Notes under the pieces: generated by a model
The model's input: the letters and a program-made list of their open reading frames with translations, nothing else
What the model was told of the DNA's origin: nothing
Database searches by the model: none
Part shown: positions 1 through 10,252 of the stretch, one piece after another
Layout of the letters: every line of letters begins with the position of its first letter
Numbering within the stretch: the first letter of the stretch is position 1
Translations under genes and position numbers: made by a program
DNA from: Pseudomonadota bacterium
GTDB taxonomy: Bacteria > Pseudomonadota > Alphaproteobacteria > Rhizobiales > Hyphomicrobiaceae
Length of the DNA stretch: 64,000 bases
Assembly: GCA_023412805.1 (NCBI GenBank)
Contig: JAEZRM010000095.1
Coordinates: 54,109 to 118,108 of the forward strand
Direction of reading: 5' to 3'

Positions 1-323
1 CACAATGTCGCAATCGGCGGCTTGATGAACTGCATGGTGTCGTAGATGGCCATGCCCGAGGTCACCACGCCGCCCGGCGAGTTGATGTACATGGCGATTT
101 CCTTCTTGGGGTTCTGGGCCTCCAGGAAGAGAAGCTGCATGCACACCGACGACGCCATGTGGTCCTCGATGGGACCGATCACGAAAATGATCCGCTCCTG
201 CAGCATCCGCGACGGCAGGTCGTAGGGCCGCTCGCCGCGCGCCGTCTGCTCGATCACCGTCGGCCAGTAGGTGGCGACAGGAGAGTTGTGGAGCCGATCG
301 GCGCCAAAGGGAGGAATAATCAT
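1..323 (-). CDS. clpP: ATP-dependent Clp protease proteolytic subunit ClpP (N-terminal part; gene runs off the left edge)
   Basis: Reverse-strand translation from ATG at 321-323: [103 protein letters not shown], a canonical ClpP N-terminal half. Not in the ORF track because it is truncated by the window edge. Confidence 0.95.
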   Translation of the reverse strand, partial: MIIPPFGADRLHNSPVATYWPTVIEQTARGERPYDLPSRMLQERIIFVIGPIEDHMASSVCMQLLFLEAQNPKKEIAMYINSPGGVVTSGMAIYDTMQFIKPPIATL

Positions 324-409
324 GGGAGCGTCCTGCGAGCTTGAGGAAGGCGGCTAAGCGAGCACGCGGCTTGCGCCGGGCGCTGGTCGAGAATCAGATC
401 ACCGACACT

Positions 410-542
410 GCATATATAGGACGCGACGGCAGGAGTTCATCCACTCCGACGTCACCGTCCCACTTTGACGTACCTCCCGGTACGCCGCGCGTCCGGCGCA
501 TATATAGGACGCGACGGCAGGAATTCATCCACTCCCGACGTC
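410..542 (-). repeat. Tandem direct repeat (44/45 bp, 88-bp period) in the clpP-tig spacer, each copy carrying a sigma32-like promoter on the clpP strand
   Basis: Copy 1 at 410-453 is gcatatataggacgcgacggcaggagttcatccactccgacgtc. Copy 2 at 498-542 is gcatatataggacgcgacggcaggaattcatccactcccgacgtc. On the minus strand each reads ATGAA(C/T)-N14-CCTATATAT, close to TTGAA-N13-15-CCCCATNT / CCTATNT heat-shock promoters. Copy 1 lies about 90 nt upstream of the clpP ATG. Confidence 0.55.
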
Positions 543-552
543 GCGACCTCGA

Positions 553-1926
553 TCACGCACCCGCGCCCGGAACGGCCGGCTCACCGTCGTCCGGCATCTT
601 GAGCAGCTCTTCGCGCGAAACCTTCTTGTCGGTCGGCTTGGCCTCGCCGAGGATGTGGTCGACGACCTTGTCCTCGTAGATCGGTGCGCGAAGCTGCTGC
701 ACGGCGCCCGGCGTCTTCTCGAAATACTCGTAGACCATGCGTTCCTGACCGGGAAAGCGGCGCGCCTCGCGGAAGAGCGCATTGCGCAGCTCCTCCTGCG
801 TGATTTCGACCTTCGCCTTGTCGCCGATCTCCGCCAGCACGAGTCCGAGGCGCACGCGGCGCTCGGCAAGGCCGCGGTATTCGGCCCGCGCGCTCTCCTC
901 CGTCTTGCCCTCGTCCTCGAAGGTCTTGCCGGATTGCTGCAGCGTGTTCGTCACCTGCCCCCAGATCTGATCGAACTCCTGGTTCACGAGCGCCTCTGGC
1001 AGCTCGAAGCTGTGCGCCTTGTCGAGCGCGTCGAGCAGGGAGCGCTTGATCTTCGTGCGCGAGAACTCGGCGAACTCGCCTTCGATGCGCTCGCGCATGA
1101 CCTTGCGCAGTGCGTCGAGCGAGTCGAGGCCGAAACCCTTCGCGAAATCCTCGTTGATCTCGGGCTTCACAGGCTTCGCGACCGATTTCACCTTGGTCGC
1201 GAACGAGGCGGCCTTACCCGCAAGATGCTCTGCCTGATAGGCCTCGGGGAACGTCACGGAGACTGTGCGCTCATCGCCGGCCTTGGCGCCCTTGAGCTGC
1301 TCCTCGAAGCCCGGAATGAAGCTGCCGCTGCCGATAACGAGGTCGGCGTCCTCGCCGGCACCGCCATCGAAAGGCGTGCCGTCGATCGAGCCGACAAAAT
1401 CGATCTTGAGCTGGTCACCTTCGGCAGCAACGCGGCCTTCTTCGACTTCGAAGGTCACATTGCGCTCGGCGAGATCGGCGACGGCCTTCTCGATCGTCTC
1501 GTCGTCGACATCGACAACTTCACGCTCGAGCTTCAGCGTCGAGAAATCAACGAGATCGATCTTCGGCAGCACTTCGAAGGACATGGTGTAGGCGAGGTCG
1601 GCCTTGCCATCCATCACCTTCTCGATCTCGTCCTTGTCCTCGCTGAAAGCAATCTCCGGCTGCATGGCCGGCCGCTCCTGGCGATCGGTCAGCGCCTGCT
1701 TCGACGACTTGTCGACGAGATCCTGCAGCACCTCGGCCATGAGCGAGCGGCCGTAGACCTTCTTGATGTGGCCAAGCGGAACCTTGCCGCGACGGAAGCC
1801 CTTGAGCTGGATGTTGCCCTTGACCTCGTCGAGGCGTGTCTCGAAGCGCTCGCTGAGCTCATTGGCGCCGACCACCACTTTGAGGGTCCGCTTCAGTCCG
1901 TCCGCACTCGTTTCCGTGACCTGCAT
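553..1926 (-). CDS. tig: Trigger factor (ribosome-associated peptidyl-prolyl isomerase)
   Basis: ORF 553..2106. Start placed at internal ATG 1924-1926 (MQVTETSADGLKRTLKVVVGANELS...), the usual trigger factor N-terminus. FKBP-like middle domain present; conserved position next to clpP. Confidence 0.93.
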   Translation of the reverse strand: MQVTETSADGLKRTLKVVVGANELSERFETRLDEVKGNIQLKGFRRGKVPLGHIKKVYGRSLMAEVLQDLVDKSSKQALTDRQERPAMQPEIAFSEDKDEIEKVMDGKADLAYTMSFEVLPKIDLVDFSTLKLEREVVDVDDETIEKAVADLAERNVTFEVEEGRVAAEGDQLKIDFVGSIDGTPFDGGAGEDADLVIGSGSFIPGFEEQLKGAKAGDERTVSVTFPEAYQAEHLAGKAASFATKVKSVAKPVKPEINEDFAKGFGLDSLDALRKVMRERIEGEFAEFSRTKIKRSLLDALDKAHSFELPEALVNQEFDQIWGQVTNTLQQSGKTFEDEGKTEESARAEYRGLAERRVRLGLVLAEIGDKAKVEITQEELRNALFREARRFPGQERMVYEYFEKTPGAVQQLRAPIYEDKVVDHILGEAKPTDKKVSREELLKMPDDGEPAVPGAGA

Positions 1927-2116
1927 GTCGTCCGTCATCCACTCGTAAGGCGGCAAGCGCCGCCGCTTTTTCGTTTTTCCCGCCGGCTGCTGGGAAGCCC
2001 TTTCGCACCACGAATGTGATGCCCTGCCGGCGGCGGCACTGCGCCACCCGATCTCAGTCTGCTGCATCCTCATGGGACGCAACGTGAATTCTTCATCGCG
2101 GCCCAATGAGGCCGGC

Positions 2117-2201
2117 TGGTGCGGACGGAGGGACTCGAACCCCCACGACTTGCGTCGCTGGAACCTAAATCCAGTGCGTCTACCAATTCCGCCACGCCCG
2201 C
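2117..2201 (-). tRNA. tRNA-Leu: tRNA-Leu (anticodon UAG)
   Basis: Reverse complement GCGGGCGTGGCGGAATTGGTAGACGCACTGGATTTAGGTTCCAGCGACGCAAGTCGTGGGGGTTCGAGTCCCTCCGTCCGCACCA. It has a 7-bp acceptor stem, anticodon loop TTTAGGT, a long variable arm and GGTTCGAGTCC T-loop; CCA is encoded. Confidence 0.93.
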
Positions 2202-2310
2202 CACCCGCGCTTACCGCCGTACCGGGCGCGATGGCGCCGACATATATCCGGCCCTGTTGCCCGGGATCAACGCTTAGTTTTGAGGGCGTCGGCCGAGCCG
2301 GTCGCTGGAG

Positions 2311-2856
2311 CTATGCCTTCTCCTTCTGGGGCAGCGCAAAAGAGAGCGGCAGGGCGGTCGTGTACTTGATCTGCTCCATGGCGAAAGCCGAAGAGACCTT
2401 GGTGATGTCGATCCGTGAGATGAGCTTCTTGTAGAACGCGTCATAGGCCGCAATATCCGGGACCACGACTCGCATAAGATAGTCCACCTCGCCGGACATG
2501 CGATAGAATTCAACGACTTCCGGCAGATCGACGACCGCTGCGTGAAAGCGCTCGAGCCATTCGAGATTGTGCTGGTCGGTCTTGATCGAGACGAACACCG
2601 TCACCCCGGTATTGACCTTCACCGGGTCGAGGACCGCCACCCTGCCGCGGATGACTCCGGCCTCGTCCAGCTTCTGGATACGCCTCCAGCAGGGTGTCGT
2701 GGAAAGGCCGACGATCTTGCCGATCTCCGCGATCGGCATGGTTGCATCTGCCTGCAGCAGGCCCAGGATCTTCAGATCCATTGCGTCGAATTCCACGATC
2801 AGCTCTCCGGGAGGAAATTTTTGCTCGATGCGGGCCAATAAGTAGAAATGCAGCAC
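2311..2856 (-). CDS. Lrp/AsnC family transcriptional regulator
   Basis: DAMDLKILGLLQADATMPIAEIGKIVGLSTTPCWRRIQKLDEAGVIRG... followed by a RAM domain, colinear with E. coli Lrp. Exact start uncertain; ATG at 2856 taken. Confidence 0.85.
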   Translation of the reverse strand: MLHFYLLARIEQKFPPGELIVEFDAMDLKILGLLQADATMPIAEIGKIVGLSTTPCWRRIQKLDEAGVIRGRVAVLDPVKVNTGVTVFVSIKTDQHNLEWLERFHAAVVDLPEVVEFYRMSGEVDYLMRVVVPDIAAYDAFYKKLISRIDITKVSSAFAMEQIKYTTALPLSFALPQKEKA

Positions 2857-2987
2857 TTCGCCGCACCATTCTGGCGATGTTCTAGTATTTTATTCTACAA
2901 ATTGCAACTCCTCCCCTTGCTTGCCCCAGCCAATACCGCCAAATTCAGGGTCTGCGGAGAATGCATTTGCCGCGCACAGGGATTCGC

Positions 2988-3491
2988 ATGGACAAGCCCA
3001 TCTACATCACGCCTCAGTTCGCCGTGACCTCGGCCCTCGCGCCCGAGGACTTCGCGGCCGCGGCCGCCATGGGCTTCCGTTCCATCCTCTCCAATCGCCC
3101 GGACGGCGAGGCCGAAGGCCAGCTCACCGGCCGCGCCGAGGCGGTTTTGTCGTGGCAGGCAGGACTTCAGTTCCGTCACGTTCCCGCCGGCAAGCTCGAT
3201 CTCTTCACGGACGAAGTCGTGGAGGGCATGGCCGACGCCGTCGCTACGCTGAAGGGCCCCATCCTCGCCCACTGCGCGAGCGGCATCCGCTCGGCGATCG
3301 CCTGGGCCGCCGCCAGCGCGCGCGGTGGCAACGTCGATTGCGTGCTGAAGGCGCTGGAGCAGGCCGGTTTCGATCTGGATTTCCTTCGCGACGACCTTGA
3401 AGGGCAGGCCGACCGCGCCCGCTGGATCAGCCCGCGCACGCCGGCCCTCGATTGCAGCGAAGCCCGCAAGCTCGACACGGCGGCAGCGTAA
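2988..3491 (+). CDS. TIGR01244/DUF442 family protein (phosphatase-fold, sulfur-transferase-associated)
   Basis: MDKPIYITPQFAVTSALAPEDFAAAAAMGFRSILSNRPDGEAEGQ...HCASGIRS. Start moved to internal ATG at 2988. Divergent from the Lrp gene. Confidence 0.7.
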   Translation: MDKPIYITPQFAVTSALAPEDFAAAAAMGFRSILSNRPDGEAEGQLTGRAEAVLSWQAGLQFRHVPAGKLDLFTDEVVEGMADAVATLKGPILAHCASGIRSAIAWAAASARGGNVDCVLKALEQAGFDLDFLRDDLEGQADRARWISPRTPALDCSEARKLDTAAA

Positions 3492-3800
3492 GCGTCAGTC
3501 GCGCCTTCGGCACGAGAGGGGCTACCGCCCCTTCGACCCCGTTCGGGGGACACCCCCGAACCCCCGTCTTTTATGGACTTGGAGCAAGCCGCGACGGAGA
3601 CAGATCCGCTCTCCCCGCGTGCGGGGAGAGCGCTAGGGTGAGGGGCGGCGGCATACGTCGACGTCGCGCAAGTTATCGCCGCTCATCCCGACCTTCTCCC
3701 CGTGAAGGACGGGGAGAAGGGGAAAAGCAGCAACCCGCACTACTTCATGAGCGCGCGACTGCGCGCCGGCCGGTAGGCCGAGCTAGGAAGAAAGACTACT
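3492..3800. repeat. REP/MITE-like hairpin-rich intergenic element (copy A)
   Basis: Module at 3499-3584 (cgcgccttcggcacgag...gttcgggggacacccccgaaccccc...ttatggacttggag) recurs at 52042-52120. There are also perfect hairpins gctctccccgc-gt-gcggggagagc (3608-3631) and ccttctccccgt-gaagg-acggggagaagg (3692-3720). Confidence 0.75.
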
Positions 3801-4463
3801 TTACTCCGCCGCCTTGACGCCCGTCCCGATCTGGCAGGCGACGCCCGTACCGCCGAGACCGCAATAACCGTGCGGAACCTTGTGCAGGTACTGCTGGTGA
3901 TAGTCCTCGGCGAAGTAGAAATCCGGCGCATCGAGGATCTCGGTGGTGATCGCACCGAAACCCTTCGCCTTGAGCGCCTTGCCGAACATCTCCTTCGATG
4001 CCTCGGCGGCGGCGCGCTGTGCCTCGTCGAAGACATAGATGCCGGAGCGATACTGTGTGCCGACATCATTGCCCTGGCGATTGCCCTGCGTCGGGTCGTG
4101 GCTCTCCCAGAAGGTCTTGAGCAACGTCTCGTAACTCATCTTCTTCGGGTCGAACACGACGAGCACGACTTCGTTGTGGCCCGTGAGGCCCGAGCAAACT
4201 TCCTCGTACGTCGGGTTCGGCGTGTAGCCCGCGGCATAGCCGACGGCCGTGATCCAGATGCCCTCCTCGAGCTCCCAGAACTTGCGCTCGGCGCCCCAGA
4301 AGCAGCCCAGGCCGAACATGGCCATCTGCATGCCCTCGGGATAGGGCCCTTTCAGCCCGTGACCATTGAGCGCGTGCGTGCGCGCGGTCGGGATCGGCTC
4401 TGCGCGGCCCCCGAGGGCCTGATCGCGCGAAATCATCTCTGCTTTCTTGCGGAAGAACAGCAT
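3801..4463 (-). CDS. msrA: Peptide-methionine (S)-S-oxide reductase MsrA
   Basis: [17 protein letters not shown] catalytic GCFWG motif; colinear with E. coli MsrA over its full length. Confidence 0.95.
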   Translation of the reverse strand: MLFFRKKAEMISRDQALGGRAEPIPTARTHALNGHGLKGPYPEGMQMAMFGLGCFWGAERKFWELEEGIWITAVGYAAGYTPNPTYEEVCSGLTGHNEVVLVVFDPKKMSYETLLKTFWESHDPTQGNRQGNDVGTQYRSGIYVFDEAQRAAAEASKEMFGKALKAKGFGAITTEILDAPDFYFAEDYHQQYLHKVPHGYCGLGGTGVACQIGTGVKAAE

Positions 4464-4581
4464 GTGTGTGTGCCTTGTCTCGTTGAAAGCTGCAATGCAC
4501 TATGTTGTCCCTAATATAAGCACGATCGCCCCTTCGCACCACGCCCCGCGCTGCCGGGGCATGCTTTCGTGACGCGGGAAG

Positions 4582-5385
4582 GTGGCGACGGACGGGGATG
4601 GCAGCGGCATGGTCACTGCGGCACAGTTCGAGCGCATTGTGTACCGCCCAGGCGGGACGCGCCGCTTTCTGCTCGCGATGACCATCCTGCTCCTGCTGCC
4701 GTTCGCGGCAAGCGTTCCGATCATGCTCTTCCAGCGCCTGAGCGCGGGCATTTGGCTCGGGACGGCCGGGCTCGCGCTGATGGGCATCGCCTTCGCGATC
4801 ATCCTCGCGCTTCTCATCATCCAATTCATCCACGCACTGCGCGCCCGCGTGATCCTCGGATCCGAAACTGTCGAGACGACGCTGCCGGCCGGGCGCTGGC
4901 TCACGCCTGCTCTCACCTACCAAAGCCGCATCGTGCGCTATGACGACATCCAGGCCGTCGAAACCCGCGGTGAGGTCTATGGCGGCCCCCTCGCGCCCGT
5001 GCTCATGCAGGGCGTGAGCCTCATCACGCGCGATGGCGAGAAGGTTCAGATCGGACACGTGAACGCGCACTGCGAGGATCCCTCCTTGCCGTGCCTGTCG
5101 ATCGGCTGCGAGATTGCGCGACGTGCCGGCATCGAGGTGCAGGACCGCGGTGCCGTGAACCGCAAGCTGCCGCAGCCCATGACAGGCATGGGGCTCATGG
5201 CTTCGGTCAGCACCGACACACCGCTGGCGCCCGAGGATATGGCGCGCATTTCAGCGCGGCACCGTCAGATCGTGATCGGTATCGCCGCAGGCCTCGCGAC
5301 GCTGCTGGTCGTCGGGCTCGCCATGGACATTGCCGGCGGCCCCGTAGGTGGCACGTCGGTGAAGGCAAGTAACGTCAAGAAGTGA
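4582..5385 (+). CDS. Hypothetical membrane protein (2 N-terminal TM, soluble middle, C-terminal TM)
   Basis: Long ORF with non-shadow amino-acid composition and clear hydrophobic helices (LLAMTILLLLPFAASVPIMLF, LALMGIAFAIILALLIIQFI, IVIGIAAGLATLLVVGLAM). Start uncertain (GTG 4582 or in-frame ATG 4609). No family recognised. Confidence 0.55.
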   Translation: MATDGDGSGMVTAAQFERIVYRPGGTRRFLLAMTILLLLPFAASVPIMLFQRLSAGIWLGTAGLALMGIAFAIILALLIIQFIHALRARVILGSETVETTLPAGRWLTPALTYQSRIVRYDDIQAVETRGEVYGGPLAPVLMQGVSLITRDGEKVQIGHVNAHCEDPSLPCLSIGCEIARRAGIEVQDRGAVNRKLPQPMTGMGLMASVSTDTPLAPEDMARISARHRQIVIGIAAGLATLLVVGLAMDIAGGPVGGTSVKASNVKK

Positions 5386-5421
5386 ACGCGTCGCCTATGG
5401 CCCGCGACAACCTACGTCGTC

Positions 5422-6180
5422 CTACGTCGGAATCTGACGCTTCTTGATCGCATCGCGCAGCGTGCTCAGCGCCGTCTTCAGCTCCTGGTCCGTCGTCGTC
5501 GAAATCTGCTGCGTCAACCTTTGGACCAACTCCTGCCGATGCTGATCCGTGATGAGCGGATCATAGCTGCGCAGCCCCTCGAGAGCGCCCCTGCTCATCG
5601 CCAGAATGTCGGACTTCTCATAGATGCTTGTTTCGGTCATGCGCTGCACCAGTCCGGCGTAGAGCTGAAGCGCTGAACCTTTCATCTGATTGAGGTCATC
5701 GACGTGCGTTTGATATCGCTTGTCCTTTGCGATGGATGAGAGATATGGATCGCCGAGCTCCAGCAGCATTCCTGCGATCTTCGCTTCATAGAGCATGAGC
5801 CGTGCGACTTCCGCGGCGTAGGGTTTCCCCTTCTGCATCTCGCTCGAATAGAGCGCCACGAGCTTGTTGACCGGGTGCAGGGCACTGCTCAGCTTCTGAA
5901 AGCGAATGGCTACCGCGAGCTTCGCATTGAGCCCGACACGCAGAGGGATATTGTCCTCGCGCACCATCCGCTCGAAGACCGGCTTCGTCGCAGCATCGGC
6001 GAGTGTCGGCAACGACAAGCCATCGTTCTCGAAGCGCTGGATCAAAGCCCTGTAGTCGGTTCCGTCCCACGCCTCTTCGATAGACGGATAGCGCTTCTGG
6101 GCCTCGGCTGATTGGGCGAGCAGCAGCAGGCACACGAGCAGCCAACCCGATGACGTCAATGCCTTGAGCAAATGTCTCAT
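5422..6180 (-). CDS. Hypothetical secreted protein
   Basis: Signal peptide MRHLLKALTSSGWLLVCLLLLAQSAEA-QK; balanced, K/E/L-rich helical composition unlike GC shadow ORFs. No family recognised. Confidence 0.6.
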   Translation of the reverse strand: MRHLLKALTSSGWLLVCLLLLAQSAEAQKRYPSIEEAWDGTDYRALIQRFENDGLSLPTLADAATKPVFERMVREDNIPLRVGLNAKLAVAIRFQKLSSALHPVNKLVALYSSEMQKGKPYAAEVARLMLYEAKIAGMLLELGDPYLSSIAKDKRYQTHVDDLNQMKGSALQLYAGLVQRMTETSIYEKSDILAMSRGALEGLRSYDPLITDQHRQELVQRLTQQISTTTDQELKTALSTLRDAIKKRQIPT

Positions 6181-6284
6181 GATAGCTCCCCGTTCGGCGC
6201 TGGCGGTGCGCCAAGGGAGCCTTATCTATGTGGCGGGAGTCTGGTCGCGGCGCTGCATGACCGCTGCACTCCCGCCACTTGCAC

Positions 6285-8378
6285 TCAAGAGCGACTTATC
6301 GATCGGCGAGCGACCTCCAGCGGTGGTGAACGCCGGATCAGCGTCAGCGCGAGCGCAAGCGTCGGCACGAGCACCACGACAGCCGTCGCCGTGATCTGCA
6401 GCTTCGAGTACGGCATGATGCCACCACCCGGCGTCGCCAGGATAATGCCACCGATGATCAGCGCGAACCGGATCGGCCACTCCAGTACGCCTGTTCGGCG
6501 GAGATCCCCGACGAACGCCTGATAGCCCTGAATGCCACCGCAGATGAAGAGCGTGCCGGTCACCACCAGCAGCGAGAGCCCGACCGCCTCCAGGTAGGGA
6601 TTGTCACCCTGGAGCACGAGCGCGGGATTCAGCACGAAGAAGAAGGGGAGGAAATAGATGATGCTGCCGACGCGCATGCTCTCCCAGCCGGTTTTCATCG
6701 CTGGCGAACCGGCAATGCCGGCCGCCGCGAACGATGCGATCGCAACCGGCGGTGTGATCGAGGAGAGCATCCCCCAATAGAAGATGAACATGTGCACGGC
6801 CATCTGATTGAGACCGAGCTTTTCGAGCGCGGGCGCGACAAGGATCGCAAGGAAGATGTAGCAGGCCGTCGTCGTCAGCCCGAGGCCGAGAATAAGGCTC
6901 GTGATGGCGCACATGGCCAGCAGCAGAAGGGCGTTGTTGCCGGCGATGCTGAGCAGATCATTGGCGAGCGACGACACGACGCCCGTCATCGAGAACGCAC
7001 CGATCAGCAAGCCGCAACCCGCGAGAATGGCAACCAACTCGACGAACGTGCGCCCATTGAGCTCCAGGAACTGCGGAATGCTGCGCCAGGTCCAACGCGT
7101 TTCCTTCGAGAAGAGCTGGTTCAGCAGCAGCAACAGCGCGGTCGCATAGAACGGCGCATGGCTCTCCCGCTTGAAGTGGAGCAGCATGACCACGAGCAGA
7201 ATGATCACGAAGACGTAGTACCAGCCCTCGCGAATGGTGGTCATCACGCTCGGCAGCTCGGCGCGCGGAATGCCGAGAAGACCGTGACGCGCAGCGTAGG
7301 AATCCACCTGCATGAACAGGCCGATGTAGTAGAGAACCGTCGGGATGATGGCGGCAACGACGACCTCGGCATAGCTCACATTGAGGAACTGCGCGATGAC
7401 GAAGGCCGTCGCTCCCATGACGGGCGGCGCGAGCACGGCGCCGGTCGCCGCGCAGGCTTCGATGGCACCCGCATAGGAGGGACGGAAGCCGGCCTTCTTC
7501 ATGGCCGGTATGGTCATGGTGCCGGTCGTAAGCACATTGGAGACAATACTGCCGGACATCATGCCAAGCAGCGCGCTCGCGAAAATGGCGACCTTGGCCG
7601 CGCCTCCGCGGAACGTCCCGCACAATGCGAACGCGAGGTTGATGAAGAACTTGCCGGCGCCCGTCAGCATCAGCGCGACGCCGAATACGAGGAAGCCGAT
7701 CACCGTATCGGCAAACGCCTGCACGGGAATGCCGAGCACGCTCTCGTTCGACAGCATGTGATAGGCGGTCGCCTGCTCCCAGTCCGACTGATGACCGCGC
7801 AGCGGCCCAAGCCAACGCGCATCGGCAATAAGCGGGTAGAGCGTGAACGGCAGCACGCTCAGCAGAAGGCTCCAGCCGCCCGTGCGGCGCAGCCCCTCCA
7901 TGAGCAGAGCCCACATGGCGAGCCCCGCGATGATGACAGGCATGGGTGCACCCGAGAACTCCCAGCCGAGCTCCGCAGCTTGGCGCACCTTGGACATGAG
8001 GAAGAGAGAAGCCGCAAGCGTCGCGATGAACAAGACGACGTCGTACCAGGGCACGCGATCGAGCGGCGCCTTCTCGCTGCCCGGGAAGATCAGGAACGTG
8101 AAAGGCAGCATGCACGCGATCAGCAGATAGAAGTATTCGGTGTTGAGCTGCGTGTAGCCGACGAAGAAGCGCAGCGTGAACTGCTGATTGATACACAGGA
8201 TGATGGTGACCGCGGTGGCGATGATCAGCGCCCAGCGCCAGAAACCGGTCAGCTTGCGTATGCGTGTCGTCTCCGCCTCGGCGGGACCGGAATGGATATC
8301 GGGCCCATCGAGTGAGAACCCATGAGACGATGAAGTTGCCGGCGCGGTGGCGCCGGTCTGGCCGGATGCTGACGTCAC
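6285..8378 (-). CDS. TRAP transporter fused permease (4TM/12TM, TAXI-associated)
   Basis: 697-aa polytopic membrane protein, GTG start with GAGG 9 nt upstream, immediately downstream of a TAXI-type receptor gene. Confidence 0.85.
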   Translation of the reverse strand: MTSASGQTGATAPATSSSHGFSLDGPDIHSGPAEAETTRIRKLTGFWRWALIIATAVTIILCINQQFTLRFFVGYTQLNTEYFYLLIACMLPFTFLIFPGSEKAPLDRVPWYDVVLFIATLAASLFLMSKVRQAAELGWEFSGAPMPVIIAGLAMWALLMEGLRRTGGWSLLLSVLPFTLYPLIADARWLGPLRGHQSDWEQATAYHMLSNESVLGIPVQAFADTVIGFLVFGVALMLTGAGKFFINLAFALCGTFRGGAAKVAIFASALLGMMSGSIVSNVLTTGTMTIPAMKKAGFRPSYAGAIEACAATGAVLAPPVMGATAFVIAQFLNVSYAEVVVAAIIPTVLYYIGLFMQVDSYAARHGLLGIPRAELPSVMTTIREGWYYVFVIILLVVMLLHFKRESHAPFYATALLLLLNQLFSKETRWTWRSIPQFLELNGRTFVELVAILAGCGLLIGAFSMTGVVSSLANDLLSIAGNNALLLLAMCAITSLILGLGLTTTACYIFLAILVAPALEKLGLNQMAVHMFIFYWGMLSSITPPVAIASFAAAGIAGSPAMKTGWESMRVGSIIYFLPFFFVLNPALVLQGDNPYLEAVGLSLLVVTGTLFICGGIQGYQAFVGDLRRTGVLEWPIRFALIIGGIILATPGGGIMPYSKLQITATAVVVLVPTLALALTLIRRSPPLEVARRSISRS

Positions 8379-8519
8379 GGACGTACCTCGGATGCTGGCG
8401 CTGACGCGCGCAACCGTCGGGGGTAGGTGCCGCCGGATCCTCCGGCCAAGAGGGCCGAAGGATTGGCATCAGCGCGCCCCAGCCGCCCGGCTGCGCATCA
8501 TGCAGCAGGATGGCAGGGC

Positions 8520-9680
8520 TTATTCGAAGATGACGTCCATGCCAGCCTTGCTGAGGGCCGCCTTGCGCGCACCCATCCAGGCCTTGGTGAAGTCCGCCTT
8601 CTCACCCGAGGGGTTCGTCTTGAGGAAGTCCGCCCAGGCTGCAGCCAGCGTGTCCTGACGTTTCACGAGCGCGTTGTTGTGCGTCTCGTGCTCGGCCTTC
8701 CAGACGCCCGCCTCCTTGAGCGCCTTCACCGCACCCTCGTGATAGGGCAGCACCCAGCTGAGGTTCTGGCGCTCGACAGCGAGGCCGGCCGCGCCCGGCG
8801 CGCCGTCTTTATAGTCCTTGTATCCGACGATCATCGCCTTCGTGAGATTGTAGACGAGGTCGGCAGGCTGCGAGGCATATGCCATGAAGATCGGATAGGG
8901 ATACGACGGCAATTCGAGCGAGGCGCCAGAAGAAAGGCCGGCCGCGCATGTCGTCTTGTGCGGATAGAAGTACGGACCGAGCTTGTTGAGGCGCGCCCAG
9001 CCTTCTTTGTCGGTGGCCGGCGTCTGCGGATAGGTAATGCCACGCGGCGATGTCTCGAGTTCCTTGACCTGACCGGAGATCGTCGAGGCGATAGCGGCGT
9101 CGACCTCGTTGTTGACCATGCCCTTCCACATGGCGCCGTAGCCGGAGAACTCGACCGGCTGGACGTCATCGCGAGAGAGGTTGCCGAAGGCCAGGATCGC
9201 GAGGGCGTTCTGGTTGAGCGCGGGCGAGCCGACCACCATGCCGATGCGTTTGCCTTTGAGATCCTTGACCTCTTTGACGCCGGTATCCTTCGCGACACCG
9301 AGCGTGATGGCATTGCAGTCCGTGACCGAGAGCAGGAGGCGCAGCGGCTGCGGACCCCAATCCTTGACGCCGAACTCGAACACGGCCTCTTGCGCGAAAT
9401 AGACGCCGACCCCCATGGCCGATGCCTGGGCGCGGTTCGCCCTCAATGGCGCAAGACGCGCCACGTCGTTGCCGGCCGGAAGCACGCGCACCTCGGCACC
9501 ATGGTTGTCCTTGAGCGCCTTGCCCACGGCGACGGCAATATTGAAGCCCGATGAGCCGGTATCGTATGCCGTCATTGTCAGGGTCTGCGGCAGCTTCACA
9601 TCCTGCGCAGCCGCAACCGTCGCCATCATCGGTGCGGCAAGAGCCAACGCACCTAATCCAATCCTTTTCATCACCGTCAT
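8520..9680 (-). CDS. TAXI family TRAP transporter solute-binding protein
   Basis: Start set at ATG 9678-9680 (GGGAGGA RBS): MTVMKRIGLGALALAAPMMATVAAAQD signal peptide. Periplasmic-binding fold typical of TAXI (Imp-like) receptors. Confidence 0.85.
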   Translation of the reverse strand: MTVMKRIGLGALALAAPMMATVAAAQDVKLPQTLTMTAYDTGSSGFNIAVAVGKALKDNHGAEVRVLPAGNDVARLAPLRANRAQASAMGVGVYFAQEAVFEFGVKDWGPQPLRLLLSVTDCNAITLGVAKDTGVKEVKDLKGKRIGMVVGSPALNQNALAILAFGNLSRDDVQPVEFSGYGAMWKGMVNNEVDAAIASTISGQVKELETSPRGITYPQTPATDKEGWARLNKLGPYFYPHKTTCAAGLSSGASLELPSYPYPIFMAYASQPADLVYNLTKAMIVGYKDYKDGAPGAAGLAVERQNLSWVLPYHEGAVKALKEAGVWKAEHETHNNALVKRQDTLAAAWADFLKTNPSGEKADFTKAWMGARKAALSKAGMDVIFE

Positions 9681-10252
9681 GAATTTTCCTCCCGTTGCAC
9701 CAGTTCTGCTTTTTTGGGCAGCGCACGGCCGCCATGGCTCAAACCTATTGAAATAGGAGGCCGTCGTCACCTGAAGGGCTTCTGCAGGCCCGAAGTTATC
9801 CTCTGGGCCGGCAGTCCGCGCGGAGATGGATCTCACCGTCGGCCACGACCGCCGCCGATTATTCAAGCAATATCAATGCCATTGAGAATCGACGCTCACA
9901 TTCGAACGAGCGTTGGGCCACACGCGTTGAGGAAGCATCCAGGCGTTGCAATGGTCGGAGGAGTGGCCTACTTCTCCATCCAGTACCTGTGTCTGTCGGA
10001 CGCAGATTGCTAACCGCTGAAGGGGATTGATCCCACGGGGGGCCGATGAGGCCACCATGCCAGCCGCTCTCGCGCATCCCGGCGCCGGACGCCGCCACAT
10101 AGTCAGCACTTCATCGAGTTCTGACCGCACGCCAGCGCCTGACGAGCGCCTCCAATCGCAGCACGACCCCGCCCCTCCGAGCACGCGCCATCCGGCTTCG
10201 TGCCCGCCCGCGCTCTTCGATTGCGATCCCGACAAACCAGCAGGAGGTTCAG

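Noticed and set aside
655-2019. 454-aa plus-strand ORF covering the trigger factor gene
   Set aside because: It is antisense to a confidently identified tig gene. Its Arg/Leu/Ala-rich low-complexity composition is typical of shadow ORFs in high-GC DNA.
6792-8469. Two ORFs of more than 500 aa (6792..8315 plus strand, 6958..8469 minus strand off-frame) over the TRAP permease gene
   Set aside because: They are alternative frames of a clear polytopic permease gene. Extreme Arg/His/Gly content and no recognisable motifs indicate GC shadow ORFs.
9681-10252. 570-bp gene-free divergent spacer between the TAXI receptor and DUF2189 genes
   Set aside because: I looked for repeats, hairpins, small ORFs and sigma motifs and saw nothing convincing. 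It is probably just promoter or leader DNA.
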